The notes under the pieces were generated by a model. That model worked only from the letters and a program-made list of their open reading frames with translations. It searched no databases and was not told where the DNA came from. The position numbers and the translations under genes were made by a program. DNA of 64,000 nucleotides from Tubulanus polymorphus (lineage: Eukaryota > Animalia > Nemertea). Positions 36,560 through 47,100 of this stretch are shown here, piece by piece (positions within the stretch are counted from its first letter, which is position 1; each line of letters opens with the position of its first letter). The stretch covers positions 20,978,210 to 21,042,209 of the forward strand of contig NC_134030.1 of NCBI RefSeq assembly GCF_964204645.1. The letters run 5' to 3'.

Positions 36560-38300
36560 AATTGAAAATGAACTACAAACATCAGACATTAGACATTTTA
36601 TCAGCACATTTTCACAAACTGATTGTCCACACTTCACATGTGTTCAGTGCTTCACCGGAGACATTTCTAATTCAAAATGAACTACAAACACCAGACATTA
36701 GACATTTTATCAGCACACTTTCAAAAACTGATCGTCCACACTTCACATGTGTTCAGTGCTTCACCTGAGACATTTCTAATTCAAAATGAACTATAAACAC
36801 CAGATATTAGACATTTTATCAGCACACTTTCAAAAACTGATCGTCCACACTTCACATGTGTTCAGTGCTTCACCTGAGACATTTCTAATTCAAAATGAAC
36901 TACAAACACCAGACATTAGACATTTTATGAGCACACTTTCAAAAACTGATCGTCCACACTTCACATGTGTTCAGTGCTTCACCTGAGACATTTCTAATTC
37001 AAAATGAACTACAAACACCAGACATTAGACATTTTATCAGCACACTTTCAAAAACTGATCGTCCACACTTCACATGTGTTCAGTGCTTCACCTGAGACAT
37101 TTCTAATTCAAAATGAACTATAAACACCAGATATTAGACATTTTATCAGCACACTTTCAAAAACTGATCGTCCACACTTCACATGTGTTCAGTGCTTCAC
37201 CTGAGACATTTCTAATTCAAAATGAACTACAAACACCAGACATTAGACATTTTATCAGCACACTTTCAAAAACTGATCGTCCACACTTCACATGTGTTCA
37301 GTGCTTCACCTGAGACATTTCTAATTCAAAATGAACTATAAACACCAGATATTAGACATTTTATCAGCACACTTTCAAAAACTGATCGTCCACACTTCAC
37401 ATGTGTTCAGTGCTTCACCTGAGACATTTCTAATTCAAAATGAACTATAAACACCAGATATTAGACATTTTATCAGCACACTTTCACAAACTGATTGTCC
37501 ACACTTCACATGTGTTCAGTGCTTCACCGGAGACATTTCTAATTCAAAATGAACTATAAACACCAGATATTAGACATTTTATCAGCACACTTTCAAAAAC
37601 TGATCGTCCACACTTCACATGTGTTCAGTGCTTCACCTGAGACATTTCTAATTCAAAATGAACTACAAACACCAGACATTAGACATTTTATCAGCACACT
37701 TTCAAAAACTGATCGTCCACACTTCACATGTGTTCAGTGCTTCACCTGAGACATTTCTAATTCAAAATGAACTACAAACACCAGATATTAGACATTTTAT
37801 CAGCACACTTTTAAAAACTGATTGTCCACACTTCACATGTGTTCAGTGCTTCACCTGAGACATTTCTAATTCAAAATGAACTATAAACACCAGATATTAG
37901 ACATTTTATCAGAACACTTTCAAAAACTGATCGTCCACACTTCACATGTGTTCAGAACTTCACCTGAGACATTTCTAATTGAAAATGAACTACAAACACC
38001 AGACATTAGACATTTTATCAGAACACTTTCAAAAACTGATCGTCCACACTTCACATGTGTTCAGTACTTCACCTGAGACATTTCTAATTGAAAATGAACT
38101 ACAAACACCAGATATTAGACATTTTATCAGCACACTTTCAAAAACTGATCGTCCACACTTCACATGTGTGCAGTGCTTCACCTGAGACATTTCTAATTCA
38201 AAATGAACTACAAACACCAGATATTAGACATTTTATCAGCACACTTTTAAAAACTGATTGTCCACACTTCACATGTGTTCAGTGCTTCACCCAAGACATT
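36560..38300. repeat. 109-bp tandem satellite, ~16 units
   Basis: Same unit and same flanks as 16181-18357; most units carry an ATTCAAAATG variant. Confidence 0.97.
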
Positions 38301-38721
38301 ATTTATTCCTTTCTTTCTATGAAGTTGATATGAAAATATATTCTTCCCTCTCTTCATCGTTAGCCTCTCCCAGGTAAAATGTCTTGGGGGAAATGTGCAT
38401 CTCGTTGCATATAGATAGAACATCAGTAACCAATACAAGAATAAACTGCCAGAATGTTAGACATCAGAAAACTTTAACGCTTTTATTTATGAGATGTTTT
38501 TAATATTTCTACGTTGAAGCTCATCAAGGTTTATAGAATGATCCAACCATTAATTGTTAACGATAATAGAAGTCGTTCTTATTAAGACATCGAGCATCTT
38601 TGCTGAAGTTTGTTGAAAAATGTCAGGCTAACGTCAGAGGGTAAGGCTGCACTCTTCGAACGAAGGGTTCTTCAGGCGTTCTTCGAAGAACCCAGACTTA
38701 GTATCAGATTTTGAATCTTTT

Positions 38722-39969
38722 ATGAAAAGCTCAGTCGCTGACATCATGAAGCGCTTGAATGATATTCAACTTGAGCAGAAACAAATGACCGATAGTTTCG
38801 ATTCTTTGAAAACCACAGTTCGTGTCCATGATACTGACATAAGTAGTATTAATGAAAAACTACAAAACCAATCAAAAACTATCGACGAGCTCGCTGACTC
38901 GGTTCAATACACCAGCAAATCCTACGACGACCTTCAAAATGAAAATCAAAAGTTGATCTCAGACTTGAACTTCACATCAGGGAAAGTAAACAGCCTCACC
39001 ACAAGCCTTAAAGCCGCAAGGGCAGATATAAAAAAATTAGAAAGCCTCTGCATAGAGCTGCAGTGCCAAGTGAACTCAGGCCTCACTGCAAACTGCCCCG
39101 ACCCACTAGACTGTGCAGAACTCTGCATTATCGTGAGCGACTTGAAGAAAGAATTCCAATCTGATCTCCAAAAAACATGCGAAGAAATGTTTGACTATCT
39201 TGGCCATAAACAAGCAATTACAGCTCACAAGCAATTGCCGATTAGAAATGGTCAGAGAAATCCGCTTGTAAAGGTCGCGTTGAAAACAAAAGCCATTAAA
39301 ATCGATGTCTTGCGAAAGAAACATAATCTTAGAAAAAATCCTAAGTTCACTGATGTCTGGTTGAGATCAAGCCAATCACATGCGGAACGTCTCAATGACA
39401 TAAACTTCCGAAGAGTTCTAGATTTTATACCAGAAGCCAAGAAAGAACTTAAAATAGCGAGTAATGGGCGATTGATAAGTCGCTCCGTGCCACATAGGCA
39501 ACCGATAAACCGCAGCGCGCCGGCTCAAAGAAACCGAACCCCAGCGACAGAGCCCGATGTAACCCCTACCCGCGATGAAAGTAATGATGAAAAAAACCGA
39601 ACCCCAGCGACAGAGCCCGATGTAACCCCTTCCCGTGATGAAAGTACTTTTTCTGGTTTTACGTTTCGAGCTTCACCTACCCTGCCACCTCAAGTTGCTG
39701 TTAATAATGATGCAACATCTGGTGCGAACGAAACAACCAGCCGCAAGGAATACGCCACACTGACCAACTCTACGAAATCGCGCACCCGTAAAACCGCGCC
39801 TGCTGGAAATCGTAAACGGGATACCGTTAGACCTCCGGAAAAAAGAGCCAGAGTAGCGTCTGAACCTGAACAATCATCAGTAAACGAAGCGCTCCGAGAC
39901 GCCAGGTTCGTCTTGGATATGGACAGTGGATTACATCTATCCCAACCGCTAGCAACAGCTCCAGAATAG
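38722..39969 (+). CDS. LINE ORF1 (coiled-coil, basic nucleic-acid-binding protein); probably 5'-truncated
   Basis: Heptad-rich N-half, basic middle, low-complexity tail; frame stays open back to the insertion junction at 38696. Confidence 0.8.
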   Translation: MKSSVADIMKRLNDIQLEQKQMTDSFDSLKTTVRVHDTDISSINEKLQNQSKTIDELADSVQYTSKSYDDLQNENQKLISDLNFTSGKVNSLTTSLKAARADIKKLESLCIELQCQVNSGLTANCPDPLDCAELCIIVSDLKKEFQSDLQKTCEEMFDYLGHKQAITAHKQLPIRNGQRNPLVKVALKTKAIKIDVLRKKHNLRKNPKFTDVWLRSSQSHAERLNDINFRRVLDFIPEAKKELKIASNGRLISRSVPHRQPINRSAPAQRNRTPATEPDVTPTRDESNDEKNRTPATEPDVTPSRDESTFSGFTFRASPTLPPQVAVNNDATSGANETTSRKEYATLTNSTKSRTRKTAPAGNRKRDTVRPPEKRARVASEPEQSSVNEALRDARFVLDMDSGLHLSQPLATAPE

Positions 39970-42900
39970 GATTGCGCCGAGCCAGGAGAAATTAGTATCC
40001 TGTGTCTGAATATTTGTGGTTTGAAATCTAGATCATATACTCTAGAGTTTGATAGTTTATGCAAGTCAGCTGATATTTTAGTTTTTTCTGAAACCAAACT
40101 TGATGATTCCGATGAATTGTGGGTAAAAGAGTATTTTAAAAGTGTCGGTTACGAAGTAGTCATGAATAACAGATCAAATCTAGCTATAAGGAAATCTGGG
40201 GGAATCCTGGTCGCTTTTAAGCAAAGTCTAAACAGATATATTAAAACTATTCATAAATCAACCAATATCATTCAATGGATTGAAATTGATAAGAGATTCC
40301 TAGGGTGGAAAAAACATTTGTTAATTGGAGGAGTATATATTCCCCCAGAAACTAGTAGATATGGAAATATTAACTTATTCGATGAACTCGACACTGACGT
40401 TATAAACCGAATGAGTTCTACCGATGCTTATTTTTGTCTATGTGGCGATTTCAATGCCTACACAAAGCAGTTATTAGACTATTTACCCCATGACGAAATA
40501 CTCATGGAATTCCTAGGCCTAGACGAAGTTTTTGTGGAAGATCGTCATAACCTTGATGCACTAAAAATACAAGGTCTACTCAATAGGAAAAACAAAGACT
40601 CCTCTATCAATAATTGGGGTTATCGTTTGTTAGACTTTTGTAAAAATCACAACATGTTCATTGCAAATGGCAGATTAGGTAGGGATAAAGGAATCGGTGA
40701 GTACACGTGCATCAAAGGGGAAAATAACCATGTTATTGATTACTTTATTATGTCTCCCTATTTGTTGTCAAAATGCGTGAACTTCAATGTAAACGACTAT
40801 GACCAAATGATTTCAGACGTACACTGTGCTGTTACGTGTTCCTTCTCTATTTCACACACGAGAAGTCCATATACAAATGTACAAAACATGCCTAACATAC
40901 CAGGTAAAATTAAATGGAACAGTGGTCGAAGCGATGTTTTTAGAGAGGCAATCAACCAAACCGAATTGAATAAAATAAATATCGAACTTCAAAATGATAT
41001 AATAGACAGCGCCTGTGCGAATAAGCGTATATGCGACATTTTAAATAAGGCGGCAGGGGCCACAATGGGCCGAAGCCGGGTTAACTTTGACAAACCAAAA
41101 ACTTTGTTACATGACTATAAAGTGAAACGAGACCGTAGAATTTATAGGAAAGCGAAAAGAAATTATAAAAGATATCGATCCGTCCAAAATAGAACTAATC
41201 TGAATTCGGCGTATAAGAGGTATAAAACATCGATAAAGATATCAAAACAAAAGAAAGTTAAATTGCACAATGACCAAATAGGAAAGTTAGCAAAAGACGA
41301 TCCAAAAGCTTTTTGGAAATATTTCCGAAAGGAAAAACCAAATGAATGTAAAGCGTCGCTAGATGATTTATTTGACCACTTTTCCGTCATTAACCAAAAC
41401 CGTAGTGCAGAAAATGATAATCGTAATTTTTTCAATGTGAATGACTTCCTTCATGACCACAATGATGATGCACTTAATAGGCTAATCACTGAGGGAGAAA
41501 TATCTAAATGTATAAAATGCCTCAAAAATAATAAAGCCCCTGGAAACGACGAAATTTTAAACGAATTCCTCAAAACTGCAGAAAATGAAATCATGCCTAC
41601 CCTCGTTTTGTTGTTTAACAATATTTTGAAAACTGGCTGCATTCCGGAAGAGTGGGCTGTAGGTATTATCACTCCAATCTTTAAGAATAAGGGAGACCCT
41701 TCCAATCCGGATAACTACAGAGGAATTACTCTATTAAGCTGTATGAGCAAATTGTTTACGAGCCTGATTAATAAACGTTTAGAGGAGTTTTTGATGGATA
41801 ACCAATTACTGAATGAAAATCAAGCTGGATTTCGAAAAAATCGTAGTATCATGGACCATATTTTCACATTGCATTCTCTTATAGATATTCTGACTAGCAA
41901 TAAGCGGAAGCTTTATTGTATATTTATTGATTACCAAAAAGCATTCGATACAATATGGAGAAAAGCACTGTGGCATAAATTAATTTTAACGGGAATTACA
42001 GGAAATATCCTCCGAGTGATTCATAACATGTATCAACATATTAAATCTAAGGTCAAGGTAAACGATCGATTATCAGAAAGCATAGATAGTCAAATTGGGT
42101 TACGTCAAGGGGAAAATCTGTCACCAGTGCTTTTCTCCATATTTGTCAATGACCTCGAGTCTTTCTTATACGAGAAAGGGTGTCAAGGATTAGATTTCCA
42201 GCTGGATGATTTCTGGTTTAACATATTAATACTTTTATATGCCGACGATACTTTATTATTATCTGACAATGCTTCCAAACTGCAAAATATACTTGACCAT
42301 GTTGTGGATTACTGCCAAACATGGCAGTTAGTAATCAATGTCGAAAAAACCAAAGCCATAGTTTTCGAAAAAAGACGATCTAACAGACAGCCCATTTTCT
42401 ATATCAGGGGGGTAGCCTTGGATACAGTATCTGACTTTAGATATTTGGGAGTACACTTTAATTATACTGGAAATTTCGCTAAATGCAAAAAAGATATCTG
42501 TGACCAAGCAAAAAAAGCACTATTTTTTGTTCTTAAAAAAGTACAGCAATACTCCCTAACTATAGACATTGCATTTAAAATTTTTGATGCAATGGTGGGA
42601 TCGATCCTTACCTTTGGTAGTGAAATATGGGGTTTCTCGAACTTAGATGCAATCGAGAAAATACACCTAATGTTCTGCAAATACTTATTGAAATTGAAAC
42701 GTGCAACTCCAAATGCTATGGTTTATGGAGAATTAGGTCGTTTTCCTTTTGAAATACAAATTAAAGTCAGAATGGTTAAGTTTTGGGGACATCTGATCAC
42801 AGAGAGCAACACTCATTCTAGTAAAATGTATCGTATCCTAATAAAAAATCATGTAAATGGTAAGACCAGTAAATGGATCACTTGTATTCAGTCTATCTTA

Positions 42901-43407
42901 GAAAACTGTGGTCTAGGTTACATTTGGTACGAACAATCTTTCCCGAATATCCGGTATTTATCAGAAACTGTTAAATTATGTTTACAAGATCAATTCAAAC
43001 AGAAATGGCACCAGACTATCGCAGCTTCAACAAAACTAGATACCTATAGAATTATTAAGCCGAATTGGGGGCGGGAAGTATGTTCATTAGCACTACCATT
43101 TGACCTCAGGACAAATGTAATACGGTTTCGTTGCTCTAATCATAATCTACCGATTGAAACAAGAAGATATGAAAATATCCCCCGAAATGAACGACTTTGT
43201 ACCAAATGTAACCTAGGGCAAATCGGCGACGAATACCATTTTATAATGGAGTGTACTTTTTTCGAAAGTTTAAGAAGTCGGTACATACCGCAACAAATAG
43301 TAACGTTTCCTAATATAAGAAAATTTATGAACCTTTTTACGTCAGAAAACCCAAACGTCCTAAGGAATCTTGCAGTTTTTATAAAAAAGGCACATAGCCT
43401 CATCTAG
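39970..43407 (+). CDS. LINE ORF2: AP endonuclease + reverse transcriptase + CCHC
   Basis: ILCLNICGLKS, FSETKL, SGGI, VYIPP, GDFNA, IDYF, SDVH (APE); KAPGND, NYRGITLLS, QAGFR, DYQKAFD, GLRQGENLSP, LLYADD, YLGV (RT); no internal stops. Confidence 0.95.
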   Translation, partial: DCAEPGEISILCLNICGLKSRSYTLEFDSLCKSADILVFSETKLDDSDELWVKEYFKSVGYEVVMNNRSNLAIRKSGGILVAFKQSLNRYIKTIHKSTNIIQWIEIDKRFLGWKKHLLIGGVYIPPETSRYGNINLFDELDTDVINRMSSTDAYFCLCGDFNAYTKQLLDYLPHDEILMEFLGLDEVFVEDRHNLDALKIQGLLNRKNKDSSINNWGYRLLDFCKNHNMFIANGRLGRDKGIGEYTCIKGENNHVIDYFIMSPYLLSKCVNFNVNDYDQMISDVHCAVTCSFSISHTRSPYTNVQNMPNIPGKIKWNSGRSDVFREAINQTELNKINIELQNDIIDSACANKRICDILNKAAGATMGRSRVNFDKPKTLLHDYKVKRDRRIYRKAKRNYKRYRSVQNRTNLNSAYKRYKTSIKISKQKKVKLHNDQIGKLAKDDPKAFWKYFRKEKPNECKASLDDLFDHFSVINQNRSAENDNRNFFNVNDFLHDHNDDALNRLITEGEISKCIKCLKNNKAPGNDEILNEFLKTAENEIMPTLVLLFNNILKTGCIPEEWAVGIITPIFKNKGDPSNPDNYRGITLLSCMSKLFTSLINKRLEEFLMDNQLLNENQAGFRKNRSIMDHIFTLHSLIDILTSNKRKLYCIFIDYQKAFDTIWRKALWHKLILTGITGNILRVIHNMYQHIKSKVKVNDRLSESIDSQIGLRQGENLSPVLFSIFVNDLESFLYEKGCQGLDFQLDDFWFNILILLYADDTLLLSDNASKLQNILDHVVDYCQTWQLVINVEKTKAIVFEKRRSNRQPIFYIRGVALDTVSDFRYLGVHFNYTGNFAKCKKDICDQAKKALFFVLKKVQQYSLTIDIAFKIFDAMVGSILTFGSEIWGFSNLDAIEKIHLMFCKYLLKLKRATPNAMVYGELGRFPFEIQIKVRMVKFWGHLITESNTHSSKMYRILIKNHVNGKTSKWITCIQSILENCGLGYIWYEQSFPNIRYLSETVKLCLQDQFKQKWHQTIAASTKLDTYRIIKPNWGREVCSLALPFDLRTNVIRFRCSNHNLPIETRRYENIPRNERLCTKCNLGQIGDEYHFIMECTFFESLRSRYIPQQIVTFPNIRKFMNLFTSENPNVLRNLAVFIKKAHSLI

Positions 43408-44184
43408 CCTCACCTCATCGCTGTTCCTGGTATACACGAACTTTTCAAAATAACTTTTCAATTGTAAATATAACTAGTTATTGTATGACTAGCAACTGTT
43501 ATTGTATAACTGCAAACTGTTTATTTTGTATGTATCCTGTGCTCGCAAAAAATGTACAATTTTCTGGAGCAATAAATTTAAATCTAATCTAAAATCTAAT
43601 CTACGTAAGGTGGCGGCCACTAATTAGCACCTCGGCCATATTAGCTGCAACGAAAATCAAGATTACCCAATTATCTACAAAGGAACTGCGTAACCTATAA
43701 ACTTAGTAAATCATGAATGATATTTTGAGATATCCTTTTAATTATCTAGAATTGTCAAACGAAAGAAGATTAACATCACCGTTTTGAAACACTCTGTACA
43801 CACGCGTAGAGCATCTGCGATAATTCAGAAACCACCCGAACGATGAGAAAATATTCCGGGTATTTCTAAAATATGATTGGACACAGAAATCACCACGCGT
43901 TATGAAACTGAGAATTGCTGCACAGATCGATGGTAATTACTGGGATGTTGATCGTTTGAGTCAGAGCCAACACTAATGACAGAACGAGTAAAAATATCAT
44001 ATGCGATTTCGACAAAATATCAGCGGTTGAAAATAATTGCTGGATCTTTAAATTGCTGAGTGAAGCAAGTACTGAATTTCACGAGTAAGAAATGTAAAAT
44101 TCTACATCATTTATGAATGGAACTTGAAGATCTGTGGACAACCGATCAGAATTTGAATAGTGAAGGAATTTCATTCATGGGCTG

Positions 44185-47100
44185 ATGGATCGACTGAGAG
44201 CGCTGTTTATAGCGTCGCTGATCGTCTGGCGAGTTAACATCGCACACGCTGATCTGTCTGACTCTGTGACGGTCAGTTCGTCTTGTAACAACACTTGGTA
44301 CCCCGTCGATTCTACGTCCGGTTACATCGTTTCACCGAATTACCCGTCGTTGACGCGCGGTGTTGAATGTCGTTGGTTCGTCAACAGCTCTTTACCGGGA
44401 ACTTTCAACATCAAACTATACTACGACATCGAGCCGTCGATATTCTGTAGTGATAACTACCTTCTCGTCGGTGAGTCCGATAACAGATTCTGCGGTGAAG
44501 GAAAACATGAAATCCGCCGTAACGATTCGATCTCGTTGATGTTTAGAAGTAACGTCGATGGTGCGCGGGGTAGTCGGGTTTATGTCACATATCGTTTTGA
44601 ACGAAGCCGATTGAGAATCAGTCACAACTGCCTGAGGTTCGGTTTTCGATTGAATGAAATGAAAACATCGACTGGATACAAATTCGCGATGTTACTACTT
44701 TCCAGATGTCGGATATTCCTAGAATGGGACGCCCTCTCGGATGGTTCAGCGATGAATTTGACGTTTTCAGATTTCGACCTAAAACTGAGGTTTAGTTGGA
44801 TTTATGTCGATCCAGCTTCGACTTTTCGAATCTATGGTGGTCGGAACACCAGAAGTAAACCGATAGCGCATATTGGTGAACAACGTGGACATCCACCTTC
44901 ATCATTTTACACTAAAACTAACAGAGCCATTATCACTTCGATAGCATACCAAAAAGTTACCTTCCAACTATTCGTTCAGGTATATAGAATATCTGATTGG
45001 AACGTCTCTAATCCGTTGATTGAAATCTCTAATAACGAGTCTGGAGTGCTCATTCCTGATGACAACAGTTTACACGTAATAACTCGATCAAAACACTTAC
45101 ACTGCTGGTCTATCACAGTGCAGGTGTTACAGTACGTCGTCTTCAACTGGACACGTGGTTTCAGCGCATCCGGTGACGTCATCGGTGTATATAAACTAGA
45201 AGGGTCACGCGTTGTAGGAACTGATATTTTACTCGGTTACAACTACCTGGAATCACTGAGTGTTAAATCTGACGGCTTTCTCGTCAAACTGTGCGTTATG
45301 ATGAGACCGAACATCACAGAATCGAATGTACGAATCGAATTCAGAACGGAATCAATTTTGAAAAAGTTACGCTTCACTAAACGCGTGGTAAGTGCTGATA
45401 AAGTATTCAAACTTGCAGATTTGCACTTGTTATCATCCAATAACCTACCCGATGCAAACTCCCTGTAATAATAGTAGAATGTTCATGATTAAAGCCAACA
45501 TTACCATTTCACAAGTTCCCGGCGCAATACATGTTATAATCACAAGTGATGTTTGTTATAGATATTCACTAGAATAATGATGAAGCGATTTATAATGCAT
45601 TGTACTTTCATGTATTTCAGATATTGCGCAAGCTGGAGACGATTTCATTGTCACATGCGTCGCTTCTTGATAGTCTTCCACCAAAGACTTCGATCTATCG
45701 AATAAATGCGTATAGATTCAAATGGAAAGTTGAAATCTATGACATCGATCTGGAATTAGCGGTTCAGTCTGCGAATTGTGAAAATGCTGGATTTTATATA
45801 TTTGATGGTGGTAATTTCACGGCTAGACGATACGGTCCGTATTGTCCCGGTTTAGCTGGTTATCGACGAAGTGTCGTCAGTCTGATTACATCAGGCGGTC
45901 CGGTGATCATAGTAGGCTATTGCCTTGATAATGACAGCAACTTGAAGGGTAAGGGCAGTTTGATCTTACGTCCGTCTGACTGCGACGGCTACACTCTACG
46001 GGAAGGAGAACACCACGTTAGAGTGACGTCACGCTGTTTAAGCATTACGCCTGAAAATAGACATGTTCCATCGAATGTAATTTACATATTATCACGACAC
46101 GAATATCATTTGAGCTCATGTAATCCTAGTTATACGATCCCTAACTCGAAGTGTAAACAGTTCATGTCTTTCAGTATTCAGCGCCTGAATAACAGTCTCA
46201 TACTGCACACTGTGACGATGAAGGATTCGCGATTGTTTGTGAAATACGATTACGTCATTGAATTGAGACTGGTTTGTCAATCAGTGAAAAAACATAGCAC
46301 ACCATATACCTGGGAAAACGAATGTGGAATCATGCAGTCACCAAATTATCCAGGATCAGCGAAGAAATCTGATATCACTTTGAAATACTATCTCGGCACC
46401 TTCCAAGGACACACAACTCGAATTCAGTTTTACCGATTTATTGTAAAACACTTGGAAACGACGCCGTGCATTAAACAATTTTTAAATGATTTAGACTCCG
46501 TTTTATTCGCGGAGGAAGTAAAATATGTCGGAGACGCGGGGTCAACTAGGTATGAAATTAGATTATGTAATGCATTCACTGAACTAGGAGTTATATTTCA
46601 CAGTCTAAATTGGGCAATCCAGTTTGAGGTGAAAAACAAAATACCAAAATTCCGCATACAATACATTTTACAGAAGCAGTTACGAACGAAAAGGCGCGAT
46701 GATATGTGTAAATCAGGATTTCTAGATTCGGGAATTTCCTGCGTCAAATACATCAGAGATGAACGTCTGAATTGGGAGAACGCTGAAATGTACTGTCAAC
46801 AGAAATACGGAGGACATCTTCTCAGTATCAGCTCAGAACAGGAAATGATTTCTGTTAAGTCATTATTTGCTACGGAACTTCTACGACAGGCATATTCACA
46901 GAAAGCGCTCATAATGATGATAGGATTGAAATTGCAGGTAATTTCCAGACATATTTTCCAACAAAGATTCCCTTGCCGAAAATCTGTAAATATTCCATCA
47001 TAATTTTTTACCTAAATTTCAGCAAAATACTTATTATTACACGTGGACTGATGGCAAACCATTGAGCTACACAGAGTGGTATGGACCTACAAATAACGAA

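Larger units (their letters stand above)
38696..43602 (+). mobile_element. Near-complete non-LTR retrotransposon (RTE-X-like; ORF1 + APE-RT-CCHC ORF2)
   Basis: Boundaries from the empty paralogous site AACCCAG-GGTT-ACGTAAGG (18746-18764); 3' end AATAAA plus AATCT-type repeats (43571-43602). Clade inferred from the C-terminal LPIET.RY...RLC..C...IGDEYHF..EC motif. Confidence 0.93.
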
